Part shown: piece after piece, positions 28,040 through 36,278 of the stretch
Numbering within the stretch: the first letter of the stretch is position 1
How the letters are laid out: every line of letters starts with the position of its first letter
Source of the DNA: Omnitrophica WOR_2 bacterium RBG_13_41_10
Lineage (GTDB): Bacteria; Omnitrophota; Gorgyraeia; Gygaellales; Profunditerraquicolaceae
DNA: 46,386 nt
Assembly (NCBI GenBank): GCA_001805465.1
Contig: MHGH01000013.1
Coordinates: 53,631 to 100,016, forward strand
Direction of reading: 5' to 3'
Program-made: the position numbers and the translations under genes
The notes under the pieces: generated by a model
Databases searched by the model: none
Seen by the model: only the letters and a program-made list of their open reading frames with translations
Told to the model about the DNA's origin: nothing

Positions 28040-28840
28040 TTAATCTTTCCAGACTTTCCAGGGGGCTTTTTTGTTTTTCCATAACTCATTTAATATGTCT
28101 AGCTCCCTTTGGGTATCCATACATTGCCAGAAACCTTCATGCAGATATACAGATAACTGCTTTTCTTTGGATAATTTTTCTAGTGGCTCACGCTCGAGAT
28201 AACAATTATCTTCTTCTTTTAGATAAGTAAAGAATTTTCTATTGAGGACAAAAAAACCACCGTTTATAAAACCCTCTTTTACCTGCGGTTTTTCATTAAA
28301 TTCAGTAATATTGTTCCCCTTAATCATCACTTCTCCAAAACGCGAAGGAGGATGTACTCCGGTAACTGTTCCTATTTTCTTACAAGTTCTATGGTGTTCC
28401 AATAATTTTCCAATATCAATATTGCCTACTCCATCCCCGTAAGTAACCATAAAGATATCTCCATCAATATGCTTCTCTATTCTTTTAATCCGGGCACCTG
28501 TCTGGGCTTCGTTTCCGGTATTAACCAAGGTAACATTCCAATCTTTCTCTAGATGGCCACTATGAAATTGTATGGTATCATGACTACCCAGCTTGATACT
28601 AAAATCGTTATTCATCGCTTCATAATTTAAGAAGTATTCTTTAATCATTTCTCCTTTGTAACCTAAACAAAGGATGAAATCTTTAAAACCATACTGAGCG
28701 TATATCTTCATTATATGCCAAATGATAGGCCTATTGCCAATTTCTACCAAAGGTTTAGGGCGAATTTCTGTTTCTTCTCTTAACCTAGTCCCCCTTCCAC
28801 CACATAATATTACTACTTTTATTTTTTCATTTTTCTGCAT
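28040..28840 (-). CDS. rfbF: Glucose-1-phosphate cytidylyltransferase
   Basis: VVILCGGRGTRLREETEIRPKPLVEIG..PIIWHIMKIY, LCLGYKG and GFWQCMDT are typical RfbF/DdhA signatures. Confidence 0.9.
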   Translation of the reverse strand: MQKNEKIKVVILCGGRGTRLREETEIRPKPLVEIGNRPIIWHIMKIYAQYGFKDFILCLGYKGEMIKEYFLNYEAMNNDFSIKLGSHDTIQFHSGHLEKDWNVTLVNTGNEAQTGARIKRIEKHIDGDIFMVTYGDGVGNIDIGKLLEHHRTCKKIGTVTGVHPPSRFGEVMIKGNNITEFNEKPQVKEGFINGGFFVLNRKFFTYLKEEDNCYLEREPLEKLSKEKQLSVYLHEGFWQCMDTQRELDILNELWKNKKAPWKVWKD

Positions 28841-30068
28841 CTGGCTTCTCCTTGTTTAATTTAAATAATCCTAGAGATAAACCCATCTGATACCAGAATA
28901 ATACTGCCACTTTAGGATAGTAAAGGTTAGTTTCGGTAAGGCCGTTTATAAGAAAAGCAATAATTCCCGCGGCTATTCCCAAGCAGCATATTTTTAAAAA
29001 ATCAGAATTTACCGATTTAAAATAGCTGTGCCATGTCTTAAAAAACATAAAAACCAGCCACGTAAACATAGCCAACCCTAATAATCCAATCTCTCCGGAC
29101 ATATGTAAAAAGATATTGTGTGCATAGTATTTTGCATCACCGGTAAAACCGGACGTTTCCTTAATTTTATATTTTTGATAATTCAAACAGTAGGTATTGA
29201 CCCCGACTCCGATAACCGGATGTGATCTTATCATATTTAAAGAAGTTTTATAAATATTAATCCTTTCTTTATTTAATAAAACTTCCCATACCGAATCAGT
29301 CGTTTTTATCCAATCATAGATATTCTTTGGTAAAAGCAGGGGTGAGATTATTAAAGCTATGGCCAATGACAATAGAACCAATTTACTTCTTTTTATAATA
29401 GCCATAAACAATAAGGCAGCCGCAAAACCAAATATGGCTCCTCTGGAGAAAGTAAATATCAAACAATAAACACCTAATGCCATAACCAACCCCAAAAGTA
29501 TTTTTCTTCTGCCTTTCAAGTAATATAAAGTTAAGGCAATGCCGACAGGTAAAAATAATGCCAAATAAGCGGCAAATATATTTGTATGAGGAAAAGCTGC
29601 CTTTAAACGAGTGAGTCCGATAACATAATCATAAGGCTCATTTCTAAAAAAATCTTTTCCAAAAGCTAATTGATAAACCCCATCAAGGGAGGATAAATAT
29701 ACCCCCAAGATTATTGCCATGATTATTCTTTTTAAGTGTTTTTTATCATTTAATTCTTCCCAGACAATGTGTAATAAAAATCCGTATATAAAAAGCTTAC
29801 CCATGCCTCCTATGCTGGATTTTAAACTTACGGAATTAAAAAATGAAATAAGCGAAACTATAATTATAAAGAGAAAAGGAATAGTTATTGCATTATTCTT
29901 TAGTTGATAATCCCTTAGGAGAATTTTCTTTAAAAGGTATAGCGCGATGAGCCAGCCGATTAAAATATTAACTACCGCAGAGGAAAAGCTTGCGGCAAAG
30001 GGAATTAGAATAATATCCCAATAAATAAATTTTTTAGAGAAGCGGATTATTTGTTCCTTTTTAGGCAT
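28827..30068 (-). CDS. O-antigen ligase/polymerase family (Wzy_C) membrane protein
   Basis: 413 aa and polytopic, with the FTFSRGAIFGF and YAHNIFLHMSGEIGLLGL motifs of the Wzy_C domain. Confidence 0.7.
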   Translation of the reverse strand: MPKKEQIIRFSKKFIYWDIILIPFAASFSSAVVNILIGWLIALYLLKKILLRDYQLKNNAITIPFLFIIIVSLISFFNSVSLKSSIGGMGKLFIYGFLLHIVWEELNDKKHLKRIIMAIILGVYLSSLDGVYQLAFGKDFFRNEPYDYVIGLTRLKAAFPHTNIFAAYLALFLPVGIALTLYYLKGRRKILLGLVMALGVYCLIFTFSRGAIFGFAAALLFMAIIKRSKLVLLSLAIALIISPLLLPKNIYDWIKTTDSVWEVLLNKERINIYKTSLNMIRSHPVIGVGVNTYCLNYQKYKIKETSGFTGDAKYYAHNIFLHMSGEIGLLGLAMFTWLVFMFFKTWHSYFKSVNSDFLKICCLGIAAGIIAFLINGLTETNLYYPKVAVLFWYQMGLSLGLFKLNKEKPDAEK

Positions 30069-30763
30069 AGAGATATGCTCCTTTTAAGGGCCCAAAGATA
30101 AAGCCAAAGATAACCGAGGCTTTGTTTTGATACGCGAAATTTCGATTCCCCCTCTTTTCTATCTGTCCAAACAGTAGGTATCTCTGAAATTTTATAACCG
30201 GCAAAAAATGCCTTCAGCGGCAACTCCACAGATATCTCAAAGCCCTTAGCATCTGGCGCAACAGAATCAACTACTTTCTTTTTATACATTTTAAAAGCAT
30301 TCGCTATATCATGGGTCGGTATATTAATCAGGAAATATAAAGAGAGGCTATATATTTTAGAAAAAAAACTTTTTAACTTTGGGCCCTCTTCTTTTTTGCC
30401 TCCCGGCATATACCTTGAGCCGCAAATTATATCAAACCCCTTTTGTATTTCCTCATACATCTTGTTTATATCTTGGGGGTCATCACATAAATCAGCCATT
30501 ACTGGAATCACGATATCGGAATTAACTTTTTCAAATCCTGCCCTTAAGGTATTAGCGAAACTGGCCTGTTTAGTGTTACTAATCAAAATTAAGTTATTAT
30601 ATTCTTTAGTTAACCCTATAACTATTTTGGCCGTTCCATCAATAGAATGGTCGTCAACTACTAAAATTTCATAATTACCCAAGACATCTTTTTTTATAGT
30701 TCGTATAGTTTTTTCTATATTATTTTCTTCATTATGCGCAGGGATGATAATAGAAAAGTTCAT
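30047..30763 (-). CDS. Glycosyltransferase family 2 (dolichyl/polyprenyl-phosphate glycosyltransferase-like)
   Basis: FSIIIPAHNEE, VVDDHSIDGT and MADLCDDP. Confidence 0.8.
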   Translation of the reverse strand: MNFSIIIPAHNEENNIEKTIRTIKKDVLGNYEILVVDDHSIDGTAKIVIGLTKEYNNLILISNTKQASFANTLRAGFEKVNSDIVIPVMADLCDDPQDINKMYEEIQKGFDIICGSRYMPGGKKEEGPKLKSFFSKIYSLSLYFLINIPTHDIANAFKMYKKKVVDSVAPDAKGFEISVELPLKAFFAGYKISEIPTVWTDRKEGESKFRVSKQSLGYLWLYLWALKRSISLCLKRNK

Positions 30764-32631
30764 TTTTTAATTTTATATATATGAATGGTATCGTTTTTAA
30801 AGACTAAATCAAAAACCTCTGGATGAGCATTCCCCCATTGGTCTTCTACAGGAAATTGAATTGTTTTGATTTGGTGTAAAGAATATATAAAAAGATAGCC
30901 AGTGTTGCGCTTTAATAAATTACTAAGCCAGATAAAATAATCCGGCCTTCCCCTGTAATTTACATCTTCCGCAAAAGCCCTATGGACGCTTTCACCGTCA
31001 TAGCCCCAAACATACTTTGAATTAGGATAATAGTGTATTTTGGCTGGTTCAATTTTATTTACTGATACGTAATAGGCATTGTTTTTAAAATCAGTGCCGT
31101 ATAAAGGAAAAACAGCGGGCCTGCCTGCATAAGCAATATTATTGCCCTTCGTATTCTGATTAAGCCAGTGCCAGGCCTTGGCAGCATCCGGCCAAAAACC
31201 GGAATACTTGACCATTTTGATATAACGGCTATATTCGTTACTGACATAATCTTTCTGTAAAAATACCAAAGATAAAAACAATAAAATGACTATAAAAATA
31301 ACGTATTCAGGAAGATTTTTATTTTTTAATAATTTAAAAAAATGCGGTAACGTAAAGAATAAAACCGGAACAAGTAAAATCGACATAACCAATTCTATGC
31401 GCTTGGCTAATTCAGGAAATGAGGTTAATGCGCATATTATTATTAATATCTTAAGCGGTATTTTTGGCAACTTTAACACATCGGCAACATAAAAGGCAAT
31501 AATGAATCCTATCCCTAGAAGGTTATATATGTAGCGTAAGTTTGCTAAAGGAATTATAAAGCGATAGGTCAAAAATAATAAGAATGGTAAAAGCATAAAG
31601 TAGATAAAATTAAAATTTAAATCCTTCTTCCTTTTTAATATACTTAAAGGCAACCCTAAAAATATAGCCGGCAAAAGGAATATTACTGTCTGCGCCCCTA
31701 GCCCTTCAGAGAAGAGTATTTTTCCTAGGCTATAATCTTTAGGTAAGGTGTGCGCCCTATAAACAGCGCTATCCATAACCCCCTTCATAATAACCTCATT
31801 AAATAACTTAAGGTTCAAGGGGTATAAGGGATTGCCTGTTTCGATAAGATTTCTAAAATAGCTGAATCCCCCCATTAATATTAGAAATAAGACACTCACG
31901 GTTAACACTGCCAGGCATTTTTTAAAATTAAGCTTAGTTATACAAAAAACAAAAAAAGGAATAAATAACAATGGCACATAAGGCAAGGCAGTTGTTTTTG
32001 TACCCAACATTAACCCCAAAGAAATACTATAGAGTATTGTAATTTTTACATAATTTTCTTTGTTTTTATATATTAAAAAAAGGTAATTTGAAGCAGCTAA
32101 AAATAATGCTGCTACCATAATATCAACGTATGCAATATTTAACTGTTTAAAATAATTAGGAACTAACACGAACATGGAGGCACTAAAAAAAGCATATTCT
32201 TTGGATAAATCAATTTTTCTGGCTAAAGAATAAACAACAAAGAATGCAATAATAAAGAAAGGAACCTGCCCCAAGTCAGCAATAAATACATTTTTAAGCG
32301 GCAAAATAAACCATAAGAAAAAAAGGCTGCCGTTTACAGGATAATAAGTAGGGCTGGGGTCGCAGAAAGCTACAATAGGATTTTCTAAATTACGGTGTTT
32401 TAACCACTCTACCGCAAATGTAAAATGGTAATTAAGGTCGTCCCATCCAAAAGGAGGATTTATTAAGTTTATCAATATTTTTACTAAACCAAAGCCTAAG
32501 ATAACCGATAAAAGGAAAATTTCTATTTTGTTAAAACTTAAATGTCCTATACTAGCTTTGGAGATAAGGTATAAATTATTCTTTATCTTAATATTGCCAA
32601 TTTTAATATTCATTAAAAATAGGTTAAACAT
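30760..32631 (-). CDS. Large polytopic membrane protein, GT-C-like putative glycosyltransferase with a C-terminal soluble domain (paralog of 38738..40783)
   Basis: 623 aa with more than 12 TM. It has an acidic first-loop motif NPPFGWDDLNYHF. The C-terminal domain of about 170 aa is shared with the 681-aa paralog. Confidence 0.55.
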   Translation of the reverse strand: MFNLFLMNIKIGNIKIKNNLYLISKASIGHLSFNKIEIFLLSVILGFGLVKILINLINPPFGWDDLNYHFTFAVEWLKHRNLENPIVAFCDPSPTYYPVNGSLFFLWFILPLKNVFIADLGQVPFFIIAFFVVYSLARKIDLSKEYAFFSASMFVLVPNYFKQLNIAYVDIMVAALFLAASNYLFLIYKNKENYVKITILYSISLGLMLGTKTTALPYVPLLFIPFFVFCITKLNFKKCLAVLTVSVLFLILMGGFSYFRNLIETGNPLYPLNLKLFNEVIMKGVMDSAVYRAHTLPKDYSLGKILFSEGLGAQTVIFLLPAIFLGLPLSILKRKKDLNFNFIYFMLLPFLLFLTYRFIIPLANLRYIYNLLGIGFIIAFYVADVLKLPKIPLKILIIICALTSFPELAKRIELVMSILLVPVLFFTLPHFFKLLKNKNLPEYVIFIVILLFLSLVFLQKDYVSNEYSRYIKMVKYSGFWPDAAKAWHWLNQNTKGNNIAYAGRPAVFPLYGTDFKNNAYYVSVNKIEPAKIHYYPNSKYVWGYDGESVHRAFAEDVNYRGRPDYFIWLSNLLKRNTGYLFIYSLHQIKTIQFPVEDQWGNAHPEVFDLVFKNDTIHIYKIKK

Positions 32632-32639
32632 TTATCTTC

Positions 32640-33623
32640 CTACATATGCATAAAACAATTATTTCTACATATCCCGCAAATAGTCTTTGCCTTCCTGTTC
32701 TTATCCACTATCTCCTTACGCGCTTTAATATAACAAGGATTATTCCAAATATCTCTGATATTTTTTTCTTTTATGCTGCCAAAATTATACTCATCTCCGT
32801 AAACAGCACAACAAGGAAATATTTTTCCATCCCAATTAATTGATATTTCAAACCAGGGTTTTCTACACGTTTTGATACTTATTTTCGTTGTACCTTTTTC
32901 TTTGTCATAAGCGCTGTATTCTGGTCTATTGGGTATCCAATCTCCATATTTCTCTATAGATTCAGCATGAGGTTTTAAAATTTCCTCTTTCATGGAGGTG
33001 CGCATTTTACTAATACGGATAAATATGCCTAACGACGACGCCATTTTTTTTGCTTCTTCTATATCGTTCTCATTATGTTTAAAAACGATATAATTCCAAA
33101 CTAAGTTAGTTTTATTATTTAATTGCTTCTGTAAAGAAACCAGGTATTTCATATTACGCATCAGTAAATCGAAGTTTCCGCCGCTACGATACTGAGAATA
33201 TGTTTCCTGATTAATTCCATCACAAGAGATAATAATTTCATTGATTCCTGACTTAATCAAATCTTCGAGCAGCTGGTCATTTTGAATATTTAGGTTAGTG
33301 CTAGTGATTATATTAATGTTTTTATTAGCACTTTTAGCGTATTTAATCATAGCTATAAGATCGGGGTTTAACAACGGCTCTCCCCAACTATAGAGATTGA
33401 TAACTGTGAGATTCTTTTGAAGTTGATCAATTATGCTTTGAAATAGGGCCAAATCCATAAAACCTTTTTTCATGGATTGATCAGCCAGGCCGGTCGGACA
33501 AAGCGGGCACTTAAGATTGCAAATATTTCCAGTTTCTACTCCCAAACTAAAAGGCAAATAGGGTAATTTTGTTATCTTTAAGAATTTAAATAATTTTGCC
33601 TGGCGTTTTGGCGTAATGATCAT
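32640..33623 (-). CDS. Radical SAM enzyme with a C-terminal SPASM/twitch-like Cys-rich domain
   Basis: The CxxxCxxC cluster is GNICNLKCPLCP. GEPLLNP is present. The C-terminal Cys pattern is CRKPW...GKIFPCC...CGICRNNC. Confidence 0.8.
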   Translation of the reverse strand: MIITPKRQAKLFKFLKITKLPYLPFSLGVETGNICNLKCPLCPTGLADQSMKKGFMDLALFQSIIDQLQKNLTVINLYSWGEPLLNPDLIAMIKYAKSANKNINIITSTNLNIQNDQLLEDLIKSGINEIIISCDGINQETYSQYRSGGNFDLLMRNMKYLVSLQKQLNNKTNLVWNYIVFKHNENDIEEAKKMASSLGIFIRISKMRTSMKEEILKPHAESIEKYGDWIPNRPEYSAYDKEKGTTKISIKTCRKPWFEISINWDGKIFPCCAVYGDEYNFGSIKEKNIRDIWNNPCYIKARKEIVDKNRKAKTICGICRNNCFMHM

Positions 33624-33642
33624 TTTCTAAATATAGTTATTT

Positions 33643-33801
33643 CTAAAATAATGTGTATATAAACGGAGCAACTGCACTACTTTGGGTAAAGAAAATCAGA
33701 AAGCCCAGCAATAAAAGCACAACGATAATCGGAGTTAACCACCATTTTTTACGTATCCGTAAAAAGTCCCAAAGTTCTTTTAAAATAGCTAATTTACCCA
33801 T
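33643..33801 (-). CDS. Small membrane protein, DUF5989-like (52 aa), below the ORF-track cutoff
   Basis: Manual translation gives MGKLAILKELWDFLRIRKKWWLTPIIVVLLLLGFLIFFTQSSAVAPFIYTLF. The KKWWL.PII..LLLLG....TQ.SAVAPFIYTLF pattern is the conserved micro-protein found after carbamoyltransferase and SxtJ genes. Confidence 0.7.
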   Translation of the reverse strand: MGKLAILKELWDFLRIRKKWWLTPIIVVLLLLGFLIFFTQSSAVAPFIYTLF

Positions 33802-33815
33802 GCTATCTCTCCTTT

Positions 33816-34217
33816 TTAAAATTGCCTTTCGTAATCTGATACGTTGAATACCTTAGCTTCTTTCTTGTGCCAATAAGAGTCTCTATTCTTGTCAATTTTT
33901 CTATCTAATAAATCCTTCCCTAATAATCTAAGTACTATACTCATAGGCGTTAAAACCAGGTAAAACATAATAATTAAAATCAGCCTAGTATTTATCCAAC
34001 CTAAGATAAAGGCTAGTTTCATCCATAAAATATATACCGGCTTCAATAAATTTGTCATAATAAACGCGAAAATAAAAAACAGAATAGAAACACTTAAGGT
34101 TGCAAAGATACCCTGTTTATGCCTGAAAAGAATAAAAAATGTTATTACAGCAAAGGCAATACCCATAGTGATGCCAAATTTTCTTAAATCCTTCGTATCT
34201 AGATTATAATCTTGCAT
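33816..34217 (-). CDS. SxtJ-like small membrane protein
   Basis: 133 aa with about 3 TM. It has LRKFGITMG...WMKLAFILGWINTRLILIIMFYLVLTP...LLGKDLLDRK...SYW and sits immediately after the carbamoyltransferase. Confidence 0.65.
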   Translation of the reverse strand: MQDYNLDTKDLRKFGITMGIAFAVITFFILFRHKQGIFATLSVSILFFIFAFIMTNLLKPVYILWMKLAFILGWINTRLILIIMFYLVLTPMSIVLRLLGKDLLDRKIDKNRDSYWHKKEAKVFNVSDYERQF

Positions 34218-34219
34218 AA

Positions 34220-36037
34220 TTAATCCAATTCAAATACTTCCTGCCATTTAATATCTTTTTTTATCGGCTTCTGTTCTTTTTTATTTAATAAGAAACACCC
34301 CATTATTAAATAATCCATATCCGTCCTCATAAAACACCTAAAAGCGTCTTGCGGGCTACAGACTAAGGGTTCCCCCCTCACATTAAATGAGGTATTAATA
34401 ATCACCGGACAATTTGTTTTCTTATAAAACGAATTAATCATATCGTAATAAAGTGCGTGGTCCTGGCGCCTTATAGTTTGAATTCTAGCCGAATAATCAA
34501 CATGGGTAACTGCCGGTATTTGCGAGCGCATCACTTTTAATTTATCGAATCCGCTTAAATTTGCTGCAGCATTATCGCCTTCTACCCGCTTGTCGGATTT
34601 AACCGGCGCTACCAAAAGCATATAAGGGCTATCTGCTTCTAAGTCAAACCAGTCACAAACACATTCCCTAAGCACCGTAGGAGCAAAGGGCCGAAAAGAT
34701 TCTCGATACTTAATCTTTAGATTCATCCTTGATTGCATTTGGGGATTACGGGCATCGCCAATAATACTCCTTGCGCCTAAGGCGCGGGGCCCAAATTCTA
34801 GCTGCCCCTGAAACCAGCCGATTACCCTGTCTTGGATAATCAAGTCTGATACGATATCCGGTATCTCTAAATAAGACAGTTTCTTATATGGCATCCCTTC
34901 TTTGAGAAGATAATTTTCAATAGCGTCATCGTTATAAGACGGTCCTAAAAAAGACCCCCTTTGCTTATCATTTTTATTATCCGTGATTCTTTTATTCTTT
35001 AAATATTTATGCCATACCAGAAGCGCTGCTCCTAATGCGCCTCCTGCATCGCCGCTGGCAGGCTGTATCCAAATCTCTTTAAAAGGGCCTTCTCTTAAGA
35101 TTCGGCCGTTACCTACGCAATTTAAAGCTACCCCTCCTGCCAAACAAAGATTATCCTGACCGGTAATTTTATGCACATAACGGCTCATGCGCAACATAAT
35201 CTCTTCGGTTACCAGTTGAATAGAAGCGGCGATATCCATATATCTTTGAGTTATTTTTGTTTCGGGTTTTCTCGCGGGGCCGCCAAATAATTTTTCAAAA
35301 CGCCGATTAACCATCTTTAGGCCGTTACCATAACCGAAATATCTCATATTTAATTTGAACGATCCGTCATCTTTTAAGTCGACTAATTCCTTTAAAATTA
35401 AATTAGTATACTTAGGTTTACCATAAGGAGCCAATCCCATTAATTTATATTCGCCGGAATTAACCTTGAAACCTGTATAATAAGTAAATGCTGAGTACAA
35501 TAACCCCAATGAATGAGGAAATCTTAGCGTTTCTAATATCTGGAAGTCATTATGTTTGCCTACGCCTAAACTAGCAGTATCCCATTCTCCCACACCATCC
35601 ATGGTTAGAATAGCCGCTTCGTGAAATGGCGAAGGAAAAAATGCGCTTGCAGCATGAGACTCATGATGTTCGGTAAATAAAATTCTCCCCTTATAACTCA
35701 ACTCTTTACTAATTAATTCGCGAATCCATAGTTTTTGCTTTAACCATAAAGGCATAGCCTGAATAAACTGCCTTATGCCGGAAGGTGCGTAACTAAGATA
35801 GGTTTCTAAAATTCTCTCAAATTTTATTAAAGGCTTGTCATAAAAAACAACAAAGTCTAACTCTGGCGAACTAATATTGCCTTCTTTTAAGCACCAATTT
35901 ATAGCATTAATAGGAAAACTAAAGTCGTGTTTTTTACGCGTAAAGCGCTCTTCCTGTACGGCAGCAATTATCTCGCCATTCTGTACTAAAGATACGGCAC
36001 TATCGTGATAAAAACAAGATATTCCTAAAATATTCAT
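34220..36037 (-). CDS. Carbamoyltransferase (NodU/CmcH family)
   Basis: ILGISCFYHDSAVSLV..GEIIAAVQEERFTRKKHD, HHESHAASAF, LNTSFNVRGEPLV. Confidence 0.9.
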   Translation of the reverse strand: MNILGISCFYHDSAVSLVQNGEIIAAVQEERFTRKKHDFSFPINAINWCLKEGNISSPELDFVVFYDKPLIKFERILETYLSYAPSGIRQFIQAMPLWLKQKLWIRELISKELSYKGRILFTEHHESHAASAFFPSPFHEAAILTMDGVGEWDTASLGVGKHNDFQILETLRFPHSLGLLYSAFTYYTGFKVNSGEYKLMGLAPYGKPKYTNLILKELVDLKDDGSFKLNMRYFGYGNGLKMVNRRFEKLFGGPARKPETKITQRYMDIAASIQLVTEEIMLRMSRYVHKITGQDNLCLAGGVALNCVGNGRILREGPFKEIWIQPASGDAGGALGAALLVWHKYLKNKRITDNKNDKQRGSFLGPSYNDDAIENYLLKEGMPYKKLSYLEIPDIVSDLIIQDRVIGWFQGQLEFGPRALGARSIIGDARNPQMQSRMNLKIKYRESFRPFAPTVLRECVCDWFDLEADSPYMLLVAPVKSDKRVEGDNAAANLSGFDKLKVMRSQIPAVTHVDYSARIQTIRRQDHALYYDMINSFYKKTNCPVIINTSFNVRGEPLVCSPQDAFRCFMRTDMDYLIMGCFLLNKKEQKPIKKDIKWQEVFELD

Positions 36038-36046
36038 AATGAAGCT

Positions 36047-36130
36047 CCGCGGGCTTGGAGCCCGCGGTTTTGCGGAGCGAAATATTAAAGCGACTCAATT
36101 GTTCACCCGCACCCTACAGGGTGCGGTTTT
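36047..36130 (+). terminator. Two tandem GC-rich hairpins, each followed by TTTT on the plus strand (terminator-like but oriented against the neighbouring genes)
   Basis: Hairpin A is CCGCGGGCT (36047-55) paired with AGCCCGCGG (36059-67), then TTTT. Hairpin B is CCGCACCC (36107-14) paired with GGGTGCGG (36119-26), then TTTT. Hairpin A abuts and overlaps the GGAG SD of the carbamoyltransferase on the minus strand. Confidence 0.35.
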
Positions 36131-36198
36131 CTGGCCGCGAATGTATAAAATAGCTTTTGTTATTAACTCTAATTATTCTAGAGGGTTATAGAGAAACA

Positions 36199-36227
36199 AT
36201 TATAACCCAGAATGCCATATTTGTCTA
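36199..36227 (-). promoter_or_regulatory. Sigma70-like promoter (TAGACA-17 nt-TATAAT) for the carbamoyltransferase operon, overlapped by an 8-N10-8 palindrome
   Basis: The minus strand reads TAGACA AATATGGCATTCTGGGT TATAAT. The -10 lies inside the inverted repeat GGGTTATA (36183-90) / TATAACCC (36201-08). Confidence 0.4.
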
Positions 36228-36278
36228 TTTAAAATAAATTCTTTTATTGCCAAAAATTTTTAGTTAGATTTTACGTTC

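Noticed and set aside
31059-31247. Short ORFs nested inside larger genes: 31059..31247, 37032..37235 and 44388..44624 (same strand, alternative frame) and 38420..38602 (antisense to the SGNH gene).
   Set aside because: They lie entirely within well-supported CDSs (GT-C-like, methyltransferase, B12-radical SAM, SGNH). They carry no independent signals and their translations look random.
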